DNA of 63,959 nt, the filler included, from Octopus bimaculoides (lineage: Eukaryota), in the NCBI RefSeq assembly GCF_001194135.2. It is 4 parts of 3 records of this genome, joined end to end, with 100 filler letters (N's around TTAATTAATTAA, not from the genome) between each part and the next. Parts side by side here need not be neighbours in the genome. Positions count along the whole stretch, not along the records: positions 1 to 26,706 come from NC_068981.1; 3 more parts are not named here. One strand, written 5' to 3'. The position numbers and the translations under genes were made by a program. Under the pieces are notes generated by a model that did not search any database, had not been told where the DNA came from, and saw nothing but the letters and a program-made list of their open reading frames with translations. This document shows positions 11,641 through 24,186 of this stretch, one piece after another (within the stretch, counting starts at the first letter, position 1; every line of letters starts with the position of its first letter).

Positions 11641-13747
11641 AATTGAATAGTGTTCAGTCAACGGTCAATCATAATAATGGCTGATCATAACAATGGCTGA
11701 CCGGAAGTTAGAAATTCTTTTTTCAGGAGAGCTAAACTATTAATTTGTCTTTGAAAGTTATTACGCCAAAATAATAAACACATGCACTGTTTATTATTAT
11801 AGGCATAATGACCCTCTCAAGACACAAGATTTGTTTAAACATACGAATTCACATCAAGAAACTTGTAAACTAAATACACAAGCTTAAATATGTATTATAT
11901 AAGTATACATGTGTATGAGTGTGCGCGCGCGACTTTGTATTTTTGACATGTTTTAAATTTTGCTACTACTCGAATATTATTTTCTGTTATTGTACGTCTT
12001 TCTTGTTCAGGCAGCAATATTATAAGTTCTGCGGTTCATTTCAATAGATTTTATTGATATTAACATTGATAGTAGCAAAAGGTTATTACCTGTCGTAAAA
12101 TGTCTGATCTGCTTCAAGAATTACTTGTAATTTTCACACGTCACTTTCCTTGACAACTATCATCGATTGTTTCATTTACTTTTATATCTCTGATTTAAAC
12201 TTGTCTGTCATATTTAAACAACTTTGCAGTTTTGTTTTTACATAAGGTGTCTAACAGCTCTTTTCATCTCATTATCAAACGATTTCTTTTTCTCTTGTAT
12301 CTTCTCCTTATTTCTCTCACTGAGAGAGAATTATTGCAATGCGAGACAAACTTACATTGTTTTCCTTGCGAAAAAACCACAATCATCTCGCCATCTTTTC
12401 TAACACATTATATTGAACATTACATTATCCTATATATTAGCCTATTTTATATCAGAGAGGTATGATTTAAGGAAGATTTGGCTATCACTTATGCTGATCG
12501 AGTGAGCATTAAAGAGGCTTCTTCATTGGCTCGGCCTTTATTTTATTGTAAATCATGCAGCTGGTGCGTTAGTTTTCACAACCTTGCAGCGGTTGTAATG
12601 AAGTGCCGGATATATGCCATTTTTTCTTTGGTATTCTGTGAGCAAAGAAACTGTATTTCACGGACCACAACTGAATATAGGGCCAAATGGAGGCAGAAGC
12701 AGAATATAGTTACTACTGATAATGGTATTACTATACCAAATTTCACTTCCTATAAGTTCTATATAAAAGTTGATGTATCGGTCAATATATTGCGCAACAT
12801 TTTGAGTTGCACTGTAATTATATCTTCTCCCAGAAGCATCCTATGTAATGTGCATATAAATGGCATAATAAATATGTGAAATAATTAACTGGAAAATACG
12901 TCACGAATTTAATGAGAAATATTTACATAAATCCCTATGATGGTAGTCATCTAATTAGATATACATGTAAATATCTAGATACACATGCTCGCTTGTATGA
13001 ATATAAATATATTCATGAAAGCTATTAATGTAATACAGTGATATTAAATAGAAAATATTACCTATAAATATTTTACAATATACAATTTTATTTATAGAAC
13101 TATAAATCCCATTATATTATTCATTAAATGACTCATTTAATATCAAAGATATTTAATATTTGTTAATTCATAAAACAAGAGTTGTTCAACTAGAAATATA
13201 CCAAGCATGATAATTAAGAGAGATTGTCGATAATGACATCAACGAATAAATAATTCCTTAGACAAAATGAGATTTACAAAAATAACTGATTCCTAAAAGG
13301 ATTATTTCTACTAGCAAATCTACCCATCTACGATGGAGGCATAAAATGAGGGAGGGAAGTCATAACAGGAGTGTGTATTGAGAAATGTGTAAATGGACTT
13401 GATAGATTACTGGGTGATATCTTAGATAAATCATATTAGTTTTGGTTATACAGCATTCTATTGCAGCTATATAACATGTATTTGTGACTAAGTGATATGT
13501 GATGTCGATTTACTCCAGAACTGAAATAGGTTCCCCGCCTCTGTATCATGAATGGTTAACCTAACGAAAGCCAGAGCTTCCTTCGATCACTACATAAAAA
13601 GTATTAGGAAAAGAATGTTATCAGGATATACTTTTATTTCAGTTGTTTACACCATTTTACGCTTGTTTATATTCTTATGATTCATAATTTAAATAAGGAA
13701 ATTTGTGAACTTTGAATGTCTATTTCTTTCCCATAATATCCATAAGA

Positions 13748-14100
13748 TTATAAAACTTCTTTGTAGACGATATTTTCTGTTCGGCCGACGCTAATTTTTA
13801 AATTGCTGCAATCCGTTGCTCTACTCATAGCGACTTGTAACTGGCCGTGTGTAAACATCGGAGTGGGTAAAAATACACCTATATGATCTAAAGTCTGGCA
13901 CTGTGCTTTGTTTACTGTGAATGCGTGAGCGGATTTTTAGGGTTGCAAAAAAATCAAACTAGGACTTACCTCTCGGTGTTCTATGTGAATAATGTCTAGA
14001 TGCTCTGGTACCATGGGTTATTTCGATTGACAAAACTGAGATGTAAATAACAGCCGCTTTGATTAGCCTCATGACTCCCTTCGTATCTACAATGGGGATA
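13748..14100 (-). mobile_element. Helitron helicase C-terminal relic
   Basis: 13930-13748 reads AHAFTVNKAQCQTLDHIGVFLPTPMFTHGQLQVAMSRATDCSNLKISVGRTENIVYKEVL*. These are PIF1 motifs V/VI and the typical Helitron NIVYKEVL end. Confidence 0.85.
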
Positions 14101-15021
14101 TAAACTATACGAGGAAAATCTAGAGTTGTTCGTGGTCAGTGAATGTTTAATAAAAAAAGCGTAGGTGGTTTATCAGTTCAAAATTCGATAACCACGAAAT
14201 AATTATACTTTCTGATTTTTTTTATGCTAGAATCCTTCCTGACAACCGTCTTTGTAATCCCGAAAAATATCGGAACCATTAATCCAGCCATCTGGCCGTG
14301 AAGGGGAACAGACAAAGAGATGGACAGACGGAGAGACAGACGAACATAACGCCCATCGTAGTAAGAGTCTCACTCTATAATCATATCATCATAGATTCAG
14401 AGAAGGTTACCCATTGAAAAACAAACCGCCATTTCAGCAGTGTCATTGCTCTCCTCAAGTTGACCCTTGATCGACAAGATTCCATGATGAAGGTTTTCAA
14501 GTAATGACTAGCAATTTGTTTCCCCTTTTAATAAATAAGGAATCTCTGAAAATATTATATCCATTGTAAACATTTTTCAGGCAGTAGAGTTTGATTTGTC
14601 TGCTAGAATAATTGTTTATGTTTCTAGCACAACAACATTCGACTAAATATCAAGAAATTAGGTAACATTGCATGATTTGAACGTTGTGATATAATTAATA
14701 CAGCATTTTTTCTCTTATTTATCACAGCATATCCTCTCACATTTATATGTTTGCATACATGTATGCTGAATGATTTCCTGGTGATAATATAGTTTACTGC
14801 TTGTAATAATTAAGTGTAGTTATTAGCAATACGTAATTCAGATTAGCCAATGCACAATAGCTACAGATATGTGCGTGATAGCAATCTTCGTGTAGCAAAG
14901 TAAGACTTTTAAGTGGATTGAAGATACGCTCTTAACGATGATGATAACAGTGTTTTAAATTACAAATTCTGGAAAAAGATAAAGGCAAGAGCCAAAATTA
15001 TTATCTCTTATCTTCTATCTT

Positions 15022-15222
15022 TTACTTGTTCCAGTCATTAGACTGCGACCATGCTGGGGCACCGCCTTGAATTTTTGTCGAATGTGTCGACCCCAGTACT
15101 TATTTTTATTAAAATTCTGGTATTTATTTTATCGTTCCCTTTTGCCGAACTGGTAGGTTATGGGGACGTAAATTCCCCAACATCGGTTGTCAATGTCAAG
15201 TGATGGTGGAGGCAACCCCCTC

Positions 15223-15265
<43 letters not shown>

Positions 15266-15835
15266 GGCGGCGATCTGGCAGAAACGTTAGCACGCCGGAC
15301 GAAATGCTTAGCGGTATTTCGTCTGCCGCTNNNNNNNNNNNNNNNNNNNNNNNNNNNNNNNNNNNNNNNNNNNNNNNNNNNNNNNNNNNNNNNNNNNNNN
15401 NNNNNNNNNNNNNNNNNNNNNNNNNNNNNNNNNNNNNNNNNNNNNNNNNNNNNNNNNNNNNNNNNNNNNNNNNNNNNNNNNNNNNNNNNNNNNNNNNNNN
15501 NNNNNNNNNNNNNNNNNNNNNNNNNNNNNNNNNNNNNNNNNNNNNNNNNNNNNNNNNNNNNNNNNNNNNNNNNNNNNNNNNNNNNNNNNNNNNNNNNNNN
15601 NNNNNNNNNNNNNNNNNNNNNNNNNNNNNNNNNNNNNNNNNNNNNNNNNNNNNNNNNNNNNNNNNNNNNNNNNNNNNNNNNNNNNNNNNNNNNNNNNNNN
15701 NNNNNNNNNNNNNNNNNNNNNNNNNNNNATATACACGACAGACTTCTTTCAGTTTCCGTCTATCAAATCCACTCACAAGTCTTTAGTGGGCCAGAGGCTA
15801 TAATAGAACCCAGAACTATGTGGTTGGAATGCAAA
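15022..15835 (-). mobile_element. Family B SINE with a family A SINE (+, 15266-15330) nested in its internal microsatellite
   Basis: Family B tail at 15022-15070 and body to 15835; ggcggcgatctggcagaaacgttagc head follows the (TA)n. Confidence 0.8.
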
Positions 15836-16671
15836 CAGCTTTATTTGACTTCATCATAAAGCATAAAGTGATTCTAATCTGGGTTACATAAAATCTCAGG
15901 TTATGTACCCCACTCCCACCCCACCCCGCCGTCCTTTTCGAAAAGGAGGAATCATTTGTAAAACGAATGTTTCCGGAACACATCATACATTTTCATTTGA
16001 ATATAATGTCTTGATATTGGTTTAATACATTAAATATGCTAGCACACACGTTATTATTAAGTATGGAAGCCTGCGGTTACCCATGGACAATATTTCCCAC
16101 CCAGTTATGTAAGCACATTTGAATGGGTGCCAAGTGAAACAATGTAATCTGAATCGTAATCCAATTCACAAAAGCTCTTCCTAATTCATATTCCTGTTTC
16201 AGTGTCTTTGACATCTTTATGAACGATAAGTGATCGCCGTCTCCAAACATTCTAACTACAGTAAGAGATTATTAAAAACATTAATTCTTCGCTAATACCT
16301 AACACATGTACAAAAGCATAAAGACTCCGAATTTCTTCTGTCAGATATTCATGTGATAACAGCTTGTATAATTGTCTGAACAAATTTCTGATATCGATTC
16401 TATAGAATCATATCAAAATTTCAAATAATAAAATTTAATATGTTTCAACGCCGCATGATTCTGAACACACGCAAATAATTGCGATTTCTAAAAGAGTAAG
16501 AGACACCTGCTCCATTTAGACATCTATGCACACGAGAACACTCAAACACATGTATTAGGTTATACAATGTATGGAGTACACAATATACATGCAAGTGTAA
16601 GTATATATATATATGTGTGTGTGGATGTGGGTATATGCATAAATGTGTGCGTATATATGTGTGTGTATGAG

Positions 16672-16703
<32 letters not shown>

Positions 16704-17356
16704 NNNNNNNNNNNNNNNNNNNNNNNNNNNNNNNNNNNNNNNNNNNNNNNNNNNNNNNNNNNNNNNNNNNNNNNNNNNNNNNNNNNNNNNNNNNNNNNNN
16801 NNNNNNNNNNNNNNNNNNNNNNNNNNNNNNNNNNNNNNNNNNNNNNNNNNNNNNNNNNNNNNNNNNNNNNNNNNNNNNNNNNNNNNNNNNNNNNNNNNNN
16901 NNNNNNNNNNNNNNNNNNNNNNNNNNNNNNNNNNNNNNNNNNNNNNNNNNNNNNNNNNNNNNNNNNNNNNNNNNNNNNNNNNNNNNNNNNNNNNNNNNNN
17001 NNNNNNNNNNNNNNNNNNNNNNNNNNNNNNNNNNNNNNNNNNNNNNNNNNNNNNNNNNNNNNNNNNNNNNNNNNNNNNNNNNNNNNNNNNNNNNNNNNNN
17101 NNNNNNNNNNNNNNNNNNNNNNNNNNNNNNNNNNNNNNNNNNNNNNNNNNNNNNNNNNNNNNNNNNNNNNNNNNNNNNNNNNNNNNNNNNNNNNNNNNNN
17201 NNNNNNNNNNNNNNNNNNNNNNNNNNNNNNNNNNNNNNNNNNNNNNNNNNNNNNNNNNNNNNNNNNNNNNNNNNNNNNNNNNNNNNNNNNNNNNNNNNNN
17301 NNNNNNNNNNNNNNNNNNNNNNNNNNNNNNNNNNNNNNNNNNNNNNNNNNNNNNNN

Positions 17357-17406
<50 letters not shown>

Positions 17407-18034
17407 TATGCATGTATATGTATATATGCATGTATACACACACACATGTATATATATCTCACCTTCTTGAGAGAAGGTAGGGAAACGGTGCTAGTGAAAA
17501 TTATTGAGGCAGAGGTTTGTTATATAGTAACTTCTCGTTTCCAGATAATCAGACTACAATTTCCTTAAAGGCATGTCCATTTTGGAGAAATCTTTGGTAG
17601 GTTATTTCAGATTCTTATTAGTATTAAACAAATTGCCAGCAAATAATTAACAAGCTAATACATCAACAATCGTGATTAAATCGGGATTAAATTCTCTTCC
17701 TCACATAATCCTTTGGGATTAAATTCTCTTCTTCACGTAACCTTCTATTTCCTCCTTCCGTTGCCGACAATAAAATGTATACTACACAAAATATTAAGGG
17801 TCAATATATTTGACGAAAGGCGATGCTCCAGCATGGCCGTATTCCACTGTCTGAATCCAGTAATAGAATACAAGACTGTGTACTTGTTTGTATACATGCA
17901 TGCTTGTACAAATCTATTAATAAATCATAAATATATTAACATGAATAATTAGTTTTTCACTAGCATTAACGATATAGTATTTTGTGAAATGTCACTTCAA
18001 TTTAAACAGTTGCAATATCTAAAATGCAACACAG

Positions 18035-18221
18035 CTGCGAGCTGGCAGAAGCATTAGCACGCCGGGCATAATGCTAATGGTATTTCGTCTGTCTTTACAT
18101 TCTGAGTTCAAATTCTGCCGAGGTCGACATTGCCTATCATCCTTTCGGGGTCGATAAATTAAGTACCAGTTGATCCCCTCCCCAAAAAATTTCGGACCTT
18201 GTGCCTCGAGTAGAAAAGAAT
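18035..18221 (+). mobile_element. Family A tRNA-derived SINE
   Basis: gctggcagaagcattagc A-box region, gagttcaaattc B-box, conserved central domain and ccttgtgcctcgagtagaaaagaat tail. Confidence 0.9.
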
Positions 18222-19026
18222 ATCTAAAACGTATCTATATACCCTGGAGAGATAATGCGGAAATCTCAACATCACATCATATATAGAATTAGACACAGAA
18301 CGGTGCGACATTGAATTAGATATCTTAGTGCGAAGAATGGCTTCCCTCTATCCCTTTCTTTAATTCTTTGATCTTTTGAATATCATAAATCTTCGAAGGA
18401 AACAAAATATTCTTATTGACCCATGTAGAGAACATTAATTGAAACCCAAGATGAAATATAATATTAAAAAGCCTTATTAACGTTTGCGACGAAACAAAGT
18501 TAAGATCATTTTATTTCCGATCACGCATGCAACAAAATATATCCGAAATTAAATCCCTTTCAAACTATATTGATATCTGAATCTGAACTCTGACAGCTTC
18601 TATGAATTATTGACATTAACAAAAATATCAATTTTAGACAAGTGGAATTGAATCTTGATATTCATTAATTGGAATTTTCGCTCTAGAGGACTGTCCGACT
18701 ACGCTAACATCTTTGACCAAGGAGAGTAAAATTTAGTAATCTTTTATGGATTAACGTCCCGCATTTCATATATGTTTATTTAGGAAAATGTTTTGTAAAA
18801 TGATTTTTTTTTTTGTACAAAATAACTGTCAAATTAGTTTTATTACGTGTTTTCACTGCATAAATGAGCGTAATCATATATGCCTTGAATAGCTGCAGTG
18901 TTTTGTTTCTCTTTTTCCTATCGTTTTAAAAGTATTATACGTAATGTATGTGCAGTGCCTAGTTAGCGATATTTTCTGTATGGTACAAATATTTATGAGC
19001 CATGGCATTTGGGTTGTGTTCTTTGC

Positions 19027-19176
19027 AACGTTTCGGCTGATATACCCTCCAACGTTCATCAGGTGTATTGGGGAAATTTCGAACATGGGTTCTCATTTCT
19101 AAGAGGAATGAGAACCCAGATTCGAAATTTCTCGAGATACCTGATGAAGGCTGGAGGGTATATCAGCCGAAACGTT
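19027..19176. ncRNA. 150-bp imperfect palindrome with a hammerhead core in each arm
   Basis: Right arm (+): CTGATGA-A-GGCTG-gagggtatat-CAGCC-GAAAC-GTT. The left arm is its near-exact reverse complement, and the inner arms also pair. Confidence 0.8.
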
Positions 19177-19559
19177 TGTCAACAACAAACAAGATGAGGA
19201 CAAATATCCGTCAATTGTTAATAATGTAAATAATTAGGAATGGATTATTTGGATTTTAGAAGATTTTAAAAATTACTTTCGATTCTATTTTTAGTCCAGA
19301 GCTATTGAAGTGTTATACCCTAATTCTTATTATAGCAGTTCATCATATCAATAGATTTATGCCATGAGATATCGTAGCATCATTCTTTTCAAAATTTAAA
19401 CACTTTCTGGAAACTTTTTGTAGAACTGAGGCTGGAAGTTTAAAAAGAATTCTTCCAAGTCTCATTTTAAAAGTTCCTTGAGCAGTAATTTGTTCTCATA
19501 AACTTCATTACATCAAGGAAAACATTCATTAATATTGTACCAGTTCTGTATGAATGTCT

Positions 19560-19860
19560 GGATAAATTTTCCCTATTTTCTATATATTTTCGTTGCTTAA
19601 ACTCTGCTCTTTTGTGGTGTAACAATATGTATGACCCAATATACTTCACTTTTCTTTTTCATGTAATATTTGGCCTTCTTCTGCATCTATACAATGACTG
19701 GTTGCTTAGAGTAACTTCCCAAGAGCTTTCAACAATTCTTTTTAATAATAACCCCAGAGTAGCAAAGATAGAATTTTCCATTTACATGAAATTCAGATTT
19801 CCTAGGGACTTCCCGTTGTATTTTTTCACCGTCATATTTTGTCTTCTACTTTATTTTGTG
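19560..19860 (-). mobile_element. Possible highly decayed LINE APE endonuclease relic
   Basis: KSEFHVNGKFYLCYSGVIIKKNC*KLLGSY weakly resembles RTE-type GEF..GHTIYYSG..GVGFII.K..SVLGY. Confidence 0.3.
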
Positions 19861-20649
19861 ACATCTTGCTATCCTTAGTATATAATTGACAGTTTCATTT
19901 ACGTTGTAATACATCGAACACTTACTATGTTACATGTTTCTGTCTATTCTTCCTTTACTAGATTTGTTTTATTCGCTTGTTCCTGTGAAGCTGTACATAG
20001 AATTTCAGTTTATCGCTCGTGTCTTTTAGCTTCCATTCAAACCCATTGTTATCTTTTTGTCTTACCTTTTGGTTCCATGAAGACTAAGCGCACAAAAGAA
20101 TTTTTGTTGTGTCAGTTATCCTTTTTGTTTAAATATCTTTGACTGTTTCCATGTATTTGCCTTCAAGGCTGAGAGTATGAGATTCTCTCCAATCCTTTTC
20201 AATATGCTTCTCTAGTCCTGCACTTGCCAAGTGTTCAGTATATGTCAGATGGATTAACCTGTGCCTGTCGTATCTTAATATACAGACGTTCAATACTGCT
20301 TTGTTAAAAGCTTTCTATTGCGTCAATCTATTGATCCAGTTCATCCTTTGTCTGTTAAAGAAATATATTGGCATTGTTCAGGTGTGCCTCTTCTATTTAG
20401 TTTTCTTTTTCCTAAGATCTTTCTAATTCTCACCTTATGTGCTTCTTCAACATTAACTGGCATTTCCTTCTGTTTCTCCTGACTATAAACGAATATTTAT
20501 TACCTGATCCACCTTCAATAGGTTTATTGCCTTGCTTTAAGGAAAGGTATTTTCGTCAAACTTTATCATTTTCCTACAGTTTATAACAAACCGGACACAC
20601 ATGTCATTCAAAATCAAATTGTTTACCAATATTTATTGTCAGGAAGGAG

Positions 20650-20815
20650 AGATGCTGGAAGAATCGTTCGCACGCCGGACAAAATGCTTAGCGTCTTTAT
20701 GTTCTGAGTTCATTTTCTGTCCATTTCAACAATACCTTTCATCCTTTTAGAGGTCGATAAAATAAGTACCAGCTGAGCACTGCTGGTCTTGTACCAAAAT
20801 TTGATACCAATATTT
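20650..20815 (+). mobile_element. Family A SINE, degenerate
   Basis: cacgccggacaaaatgcttagc...cctttcatccttttagaggtcgataaaataagtaccagc. Confidence 0.75.
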
Positions 20816-21029
20816 ATCCTAACTCACCTCTATTTCTGAATAAAATCTAAAGTCAACCGTGGATATTAAATGGCTGTTTTCTTCATTAAACATTATCTTG
20901 GTTTGTTAGAACCTCATATATAATATATTGTAAACAAAGTAACATGAAATAGAAGTACGGGGTTTCCTAAAGGGAAATATTTATTTTCTTTTAATTTCAC
21001 CGATACTTAAGTTCCTCTTTGCTCTATTG

Positions 21030-21760
21030 TAGTGGACCTCCATACTATCTATTCTCCAAACCCCAAGTTGCATCAGCACATACATTCAGACACAACGTAC
21101 GGAAACTCATGTCTTTTATGTAATCCTTCGAACACCATCTGGCGACATGCTGCAGAGGTGGTTTCCAGCATTACCAAACACACTTATCTTTCTTTCTGTG
21201 CAGGAATCTATAGAAATATTTAGAAAAACGCTCCAGTATCGAGTAGAAATATTTAGAAATAGGTTTCAGTGCCATCATGTCAAAGATAAATAATAATCTC
21301 TGCACCCATTCTAAAGTGGTCGCCGAGTTATATCAGATGTACTGGAGATACCCTCTGTTTAGGTTAACACTAGTCCCCTCTCTTTTGGAGACTACTGCAA
21401 GAGTAATATTGTTGGGTTTGACATTGAGAAATCATTGATCATGTCTTGCATATTTCAACAAACATGGTGTATTATATGTTAGGTTTGTCATTCTTCCATT
21501 TGACCACGGATGACGTATATCCTGGCATTTCCAACAAAACACATTTATATGCTGCATTTACTAAATTGTACTTCACGTTAGACGAGTTCATCACAGAAGC
21601 GAACCAATCTCTTTAGACTTGTATAATATTTTCCTGGACACAAGATTTGAGCACAAACTATCCGAGATCCTTTGCCCAATATTACACCGAATCTTTAGTC
21701 TCTACAACTGAAGTGTTTTGGAATTTCTCAACACCTATTCAATATTTTCTATAGTCACTG
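21030..21760 (-). mobile_element. Possible decayed LINE RT/3' relic
   Basis: IENIE*V..EKFQ..IGQ-like fragments near 21760-21670 resemble RTE ENIEQVEKFQYLGS; otherwise weak. Confidence 0.2.
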
Positions 21761-23106
21761 ATCCATAGTTATGAGATTGCACGTCAATAATATTGTTAGC
21801 CTAGGAGACCTGTAAATATCAGTGGAACTTTCTCAGAACGACTACAGGTTTTCAGAAGTATAGATCAACGTTTTAATAATTACGTTACTAAAACTACTCT
21901 TTCACTATTTACGCTTGCTTCATCACAGATGAGGTAAGCTGACACGAAAAACTAACAAACCTGTCTCTTGAGCTTGAAACTAATTGAAAAATAAATTAAA
22001 ATCAAACATCAGATTTATTTAATGAATTTTGCCGCTTCCATTATTTATGGCTTAATTTTCCCTTGTTGTGACAATGTGTGCATGCAAATTATAAAATACA
22101 TTATATTTCCACTGATGTTAGCGTTGTCAAAGGAAAATAAGACTAGTAAAGCATATTGCTCTAATAACTTCACATTAATTTAATTTGTTTTAAAGCTTCT
22201 TTCCACCTTCAATCACTTTATAGGAGAGTAAACATTGCATGCAACGATTGTTATTACAATAAAAGGGAAATGCATAATTATTGATGTGTGATATATGTAA
22301 TGACGTTATAAGGACGTACCGCCTATAAATACTAATTTCAGCAAATTCTGGATTTCATTAATGTAAAATGAAAGCAAAAGATGTAAATTCATCTCAAATA
22401 TTTTGCCTGATATCAATACTTTGAGAAGTTTAAAAATATAATAATTATGCAACACGTCATAAGATATTGATTGTGAAATGTTTGAAATAATCTTTTTTTT
22501 TATTATTCATTTCCATTTTATGTCCCCATCTAATTAACCATTTGTATTATTTTCTCTTTCAATCAGTGTATAATGGATACTTTACACCCTTATACATAAA
22601 GATTGGGCAAAAGGAATAAATATAAAGAATTAGCATATTGAAGATGAATTACGATTTGGTTAATGTTATCATAAACTTGGTTGTTGTGCTATAGATGTTG
22701 AGTAAACAGAATATTACGAAGGAAACATATATGTTTACATAAGCGAATGAATACAAATATAGTTTTCAAGGAGCAAATTGTCAGGTTTTAACATTCAACT
22801 GCTGTAAAATGACCATTAAAGTAAAAGAAAAAATGTTTTCATATATTTTTAATTTTAATGTGTGACTGATATTCAATCAGTTCTCCAAAACACATTTAAT
22901 CGTAAGGAAATAAGTGAAAACGTTTGACTCTTTCTTCTTTTTTTCATGCAAAAAACATAAAGAAAGCAAGGTTCTGCGTTTAACAGTATGGCAGTCCAAG
23001 GTTGACTAAAGACTTGTCAGGGAATTTAGTAGACAGAAACTATGTGAAACGCCAGCAAAGACATTGATAAGGTTGCTGGTGGGTAGATTTTTCTTTCCTT
23101 GTCTAG

Positions 23107-23350
23107 TTTAATACCTCCAATTCACCTATGGATATCTTTAACAAAGCATTTGCTCCACGTCCCCGGCGGACGAAAGACAAGTTCTTCAACCAGTCTTGGA
23201 ACCTTGAAAATGGTCAGAAGTGTAGATGTTCCTCCTTCAAATAATTCTACATTAACAGGAATGAGAAATGAGTCCAGAGAAGAGAGATGCTACTGCAGCG
23301 AGTGTTGCTGGCCATTCTCCTCGACAACGCCTTTGCAATCACGTTCATGA
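23107..23350 (+). CDS. Candidate terminal exon, unknown product
   Basis: Strong acceptor tttttctttccttgtctag and a locally GC/CpG-rich island. Two frames are open: 80 codons (phase 2) or 45 codons (phase 0). Confidence 0.3.
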
Positions 23351-24150
23351 GGCGCGGCTAAACATGCCATTTGTTCTAGGGGGTGGACACCCCGTTTCTC
23401 ACACCACCCCCTCACTTCTGCTTAATTCGATTTTCTTTCCTTTTTTTTTTTTTTTTGCTTCCATGGTGAGATAGTTATGGGTTGTTTTCTCGATAATTTG
23501 ATATTTTATTCATTTGTTTCTTTTTCTTTCTTTTCTTCCTGAAAAAATTTACATAGAAAGCTTCCCATATCAAAAGCATTTTTGTGAGTTACCAGTGCGC
23601 AGAAATTAAATATTGGCTAGGGCTCCGATATTGAATTTCGGAATTTGCATATTAAAGAAACTATACTTAGGTGTGCGTGAGAATAAATTAGTAATCACTA
23701 TGGTAACCAGAAAAGAATTGCATCACACGTCCATCCTCTGTATCTATGATAGTCTGTGCATGTCATTAAAATTTTTATATCTTTGCTCCTATAAATCATT
23801 CAGTAGTAAAGCATTAGAATTTCTAGATAACCAGGCAAAACTCGCTGCCTGATGTGTGTGTATATATATATATATATATGCTTGTGTATCAGCTTACATG
23901 TATGCGTATATGCTTACACATATGCTTAACAGATCACATATATAGGTACATTCATATCTATCTATCTNNNNNNNNNNNNNNNNNNNNNNNNNNNNNNNNN
24001 NNNNNNNNNNNNNNNNNNNNNNNNNNNNNNNNNNNNNNNNNNNNNNNNNNNNNNNNNNNNNNNNNNNNNNNNNNNNNNNNNNNNNNATATATGACGGGTG
24101 TGTAAACAACAAACAGATGTATTAGCTTAACGCTCGAGAAGTGAGAAAGT

Positions 24151-24186
24151 CTTTTACGTTTCGAGCCTACGGTCTTCAACAGAAAG
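24151..24186 (-). ncRNA. Second CUGUUGA minimal hammerhead-like motif
   Basis: CTTT-CTGTTGA-A-GACC-GTAG-GCTC-GAAAC-GTA-AAAG; GUA triplet, one stem II mismatch. Confidence 0.6.

Noticed and set aside
12478-12879. 133-aa ORF
   Set aside because: TTG start, no recognisable domain, no consistent splice signals
18035-18120. tRNA genes at SINE heads
   Set aside because: A/B-box-like heads continue into SINE bodies and do not fold into a cloverleaf
21927-21935. Possible 5-nt microexon cacag|ATGAG|gtaagc
   Set aside because: Cannot be placed in any gene model; such matches are common
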